Shown: positions 13,904-15,471 of the stretch, piece by piece
How the letters are laid out: every line of letters starts with the position of its first letter
Position numbering within the stretch: position 1 is the stretch's first letter
NCBI GenBank assembly: GCA_964480775.1
Contig: CAYZRF010000033.1
Location: forward strand, 1-15,471
Source: an uncultured Nitrososphaerota archaeon
Lineage (GTDB): Archaea; Korarchaeota; Korarchaeia; Korarchaeales; Korarchaeaceae
Reading direction: 5' to 3'
DNA length: 15,471 nucleotides
Translations under genes and position numbers: made by a program
The notes under the pieces: generated by a model
Told to the model about the DNA's origin: nothing
What the model saw: only the letters and a program-made list of their open reading frames with translations
Database searches by the model: none

Positions 13904-14950
13904 TCACTTCATAACTCTTGAGAAAACCCTCAAATGGTTTCCGCCAAGAATTTTCCTGATCTCTTCTTCACTGTACCCTCTAGAGACTAGTTCTATGGTT
14001 ATGTTGGGCATCTTACTTGCGTCCTCTAACCCAATCGGAGTTGAAGAGATTCCATCAAAATCCGAACCAAGACCAACGTAATCGATACCCACAAGATCGA
14101 TGATGTGCTCCATGTGATCGACAACATCGCTGACAGTGGCTTGACCCTCTTTTCTCAAGAACTTCGGGAAGAAGTTCATGCCTATAACTCCTCCCTTGTC
14201 TGCAATAGCAGCTATCTGCCTATCGTTTAGGTTTCTAGGGTGATCACAAAGAGTTCTGCAGTTTGAGTGAGAAGCTATTATTGGAGAATCAGTTATCTCG
14301 ACAAGATCCCAGAAACAAGATTCGCTCAGGTGAGAAACATCTATCACTATTCCCAGTCTCTCCATCTCCTCAACAACCTTTACGCCTAGATTTGTCAGAC
14401 CGCTCTTGGTTCTTTCTTCTTTAACACCATCAGCCAGAAAGTTCCTGTGGTTCCATGTTAAGCTCATCATCCTAACGCCGAGTTCGTATAGGATTCTTAG
14501 CATAGAAACATCCTCCTCTATGACCTCTCCTCCTTCCAAAGAGATCAGGGCTGCTATCTTTCCTGATTCGATCGTTTTCAAGACATCATCATAGGATCTG
14601 GCATGCGAAATCTCATCCTTGTTTTTCTCACACTCCCGATAGAAAACATCTATCAAGTTTAGTGCTCTGTGGAGAGGTTTTGGCGGGTTAGGAATCTTGG
14701 AGACAAAGATGGCAAATACCTGGCAGTCAACTCCTCCCTCTTTTAATCTGGGTATGTCAATGTGTCCCTTATCTGATCTCTTCCCAAGACCTTCTTCTAT
14801 TCTTGACGGTGTGACAGAGGGGAAAATATCCCGGAATAAAGCTTGAAGTGTGTCACAATGAGTGTCTACAACTTGGCACCTTCTGTGTAATTTTATAGCT
14901 TCTTCTACTTCCTCCTTAGATAGCTCCTTCGACACAGACTTGCTAATCAA
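13904..14950 (-). CDS. M19 family membrane (renal-type) dipeptidase
   Basis: Motifs present are VVDTHCDTL (HxD), SLEGGE, IDVSHLS, IIASHSN and GLGSDFDG, which together form a complete binuclear zinc ligand set. The start is TTG 14950, with GGTGG 4 nt upstream. Confidence 0.85.
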   Translation of the reverse strand: MISKSVSKELSKEEVEEAIKLHRRCQVVDTHCDTLQALFRDIFPSVTPSRIEEGLGKRSDKGHIDIPRLKEGGVDCQVFAIFVSKIPNPPKPLHRALNLIDVFYRECEKNKDEISHARSYDDVLKTIESGKIAALISLEGGEVIEEDVSMLRILYELGVRMMSLTWNHRNFLADGVKEERTKSGLTNLGVKVVEEMERLGIVIDVSHLSESCFWDLVEITDSPIIASHSNCRTLCDHPRNLNDRQIAAIADKGGVIGMNFFPKFLRKEGQATVSDVVDHMEHIIDLVGIDYVGLGSDFDGISSTPIGLEDASKMPNITIELVSRGYSEEEIRKILGGNHLRVFSRVMK

Positions 14951-15165
14951 GCTACCACCGTTTTACACGTCTCATCCCCTTGCTCTTTAGTGTTACTGAG
15001 AGAAACGCTTTCACGGGATCTTCTTCAAAAATAAATTTCAACTGCTGTAAGTGATATTTGAGATAATTTACGTGTTTTACCTCTGAATCTAATAAAAAGT
15101 AGTATTCAGAGAGGTCATTGTGCCAGACAAATAAGATTAATTTTTCTTGGTCCCGTTCTGCATAG

Positions 15166-15471
15166 ATGTCGTTGGATCCTTCATTTGCAGTTGAGGAAGC
15201 AAAGTCTGCAGGAGCGGAGTATGTGGATGTGAGGTTGGTTAGGATAACAGATGAGACTGTCTTAGTTAGAAACGGCAAACTAAGGTCAGTGCAATCTATT
15301 GAAAGCTACGGAATAGGAGTAAGGGTTCTTTTAAACGGATCTTGGGGCTTTGCCTCTACTTCTCGAGTTGAAGAGGAAAACGTTAGAAGAATTGCAAGAG
15401 AGGCTGTGAAGATAGCTAGGGCAAGTTCACTAGTTAAGAAAAAAGAGGTTAGGTTAGCGCCAGTCGTGTTG
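15166..15471 (+). CDS. TldD/PmbA family metalloprotease, 5' part (runs off the window end)
   Basis: This ORF is not in the track because it is open-ended. ATG 15166 directly follows an in-frame TAG. The translation is MSLDPSFAVEEAKSAGAEYVDVRLVRITDETVLVRNGKLRSVQSIESYGIGVRVLLNGSWGFASTSRVEEENV..., a typical TldD/PmbA N-terminus. An A/T box lies about 25 nt upstream (15135-15145). Confidence 0.8.
   Translation, partial: MSLDPSFAVEEAKSAGAEYVDVRLVRITDETVLVRNGKLRSVQSIESYGIGVRVLLNGSWGFASTSRVEEENVRRIAREAVKIARASSLVKKKEVRLAPVVL

Noticed and set aside
12740-14081. Plus-strand ORFs of 179, 101 and 128 aa antisense to the thrC-family and dipeptidase genes
   Set aside because: Their composition (S/P/F/L-rich) is typical of the reverse frame of E/K/G-rich genes. 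The sense-strand genes carry complete catalytic motifs.
14959-15080. Two ACGT-core motifs (TTTTACACGT near 14961 and ACGTGTTTTAC near 15070) in the divergent spacer, plus an 8-bp stem (15081-15088 / 15104-15111)
   Set aside because: Only a 6-nt inverted match is shared (ACACGT/ACGTGT), which is within chance expectation. The stem has a 15-nt A-rich loop and sits in a promoter region, so it is probably incidental.
14952-15278. A 108-aa minus-strand ORF spanning the divergent spacer between the dipeptidase and the TldD/PmbA gene
   Set aside because: Its first 38 or so codons are antisense to the conserved TldD N-terminus and are S/T-rich. There is no ATG, GTG or TTG within the spacer part until very near its end. 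The region must also hold two promoters and the dipeptidase SD (GGTGG at 14955-14959). The frame staying stop-free for 71 codons across an A/T-rich spacer is mildly odd, so a gene remnant cannot be excluded.
1-15471. CRISPR array, insertion sequence, integrase, prophage or defence island signatures
   Set aside because: I found no spaced direct repeats, no transposase, integrase or nuclease-like ORFs, no flanking terminal inverted repeats and no tRNA attachment site. Base composition appears uniform by eye.

Overview
The window appears to come from a thermophilic archaeon. The evidence is proteins rich in E, K and I, A/T-rich TATA-like boxes about 25-35 nt upstream of start codons, GGAGG/GGTGA Shine-Dalgarno motifs and oligo-T ends. 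I cannot place it taxonomically without a database search. I support 17 protein-coding genes and found no rRNA, tRNA, CRISPR array, transposase or integrase.

Both flanks encode a peptide and amino-acid utilisation set:
- Left flank: an M24 pita-bread peptidase homolog, a class V PLP enzyme and a D-aminoacylase.
- Right flank: an M19 dipeptidase, a threonine-synthase-family enzyme, dodecin and a 3'-partial TldD/PmbA gene.

The centre (4.7-12.2 kb) is the unusual part:
- A MutL/GlmL-like ASKHA ATPase is translationally coupled to an uncharacterised protein with barrel-sandwich and KOW-like motifs. No B12 mutase is in the window.
- A four-gene, tightly coupled operon encodes two apparently paralogous pairs of membrane proteins. 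Each pair is a bitopic protein with a soluble central domain plus a 6-TM protein, in the order A1-B1-A2-B2. I cannot assign any of them to a known family.
- Each of these two operons is divergently paired with one copy of a paralogous small 4-TM protein.

Other points of note:
- The conserved N-terminal domain of the D-aminoacylase lies upstream of any ATG, GTG or TTG.
- The M24 protein has substituted metal ligands.
- Several intergenic palindromes and hairpins are present.

All family calls come from motif recognition by eye, and no searches were run.
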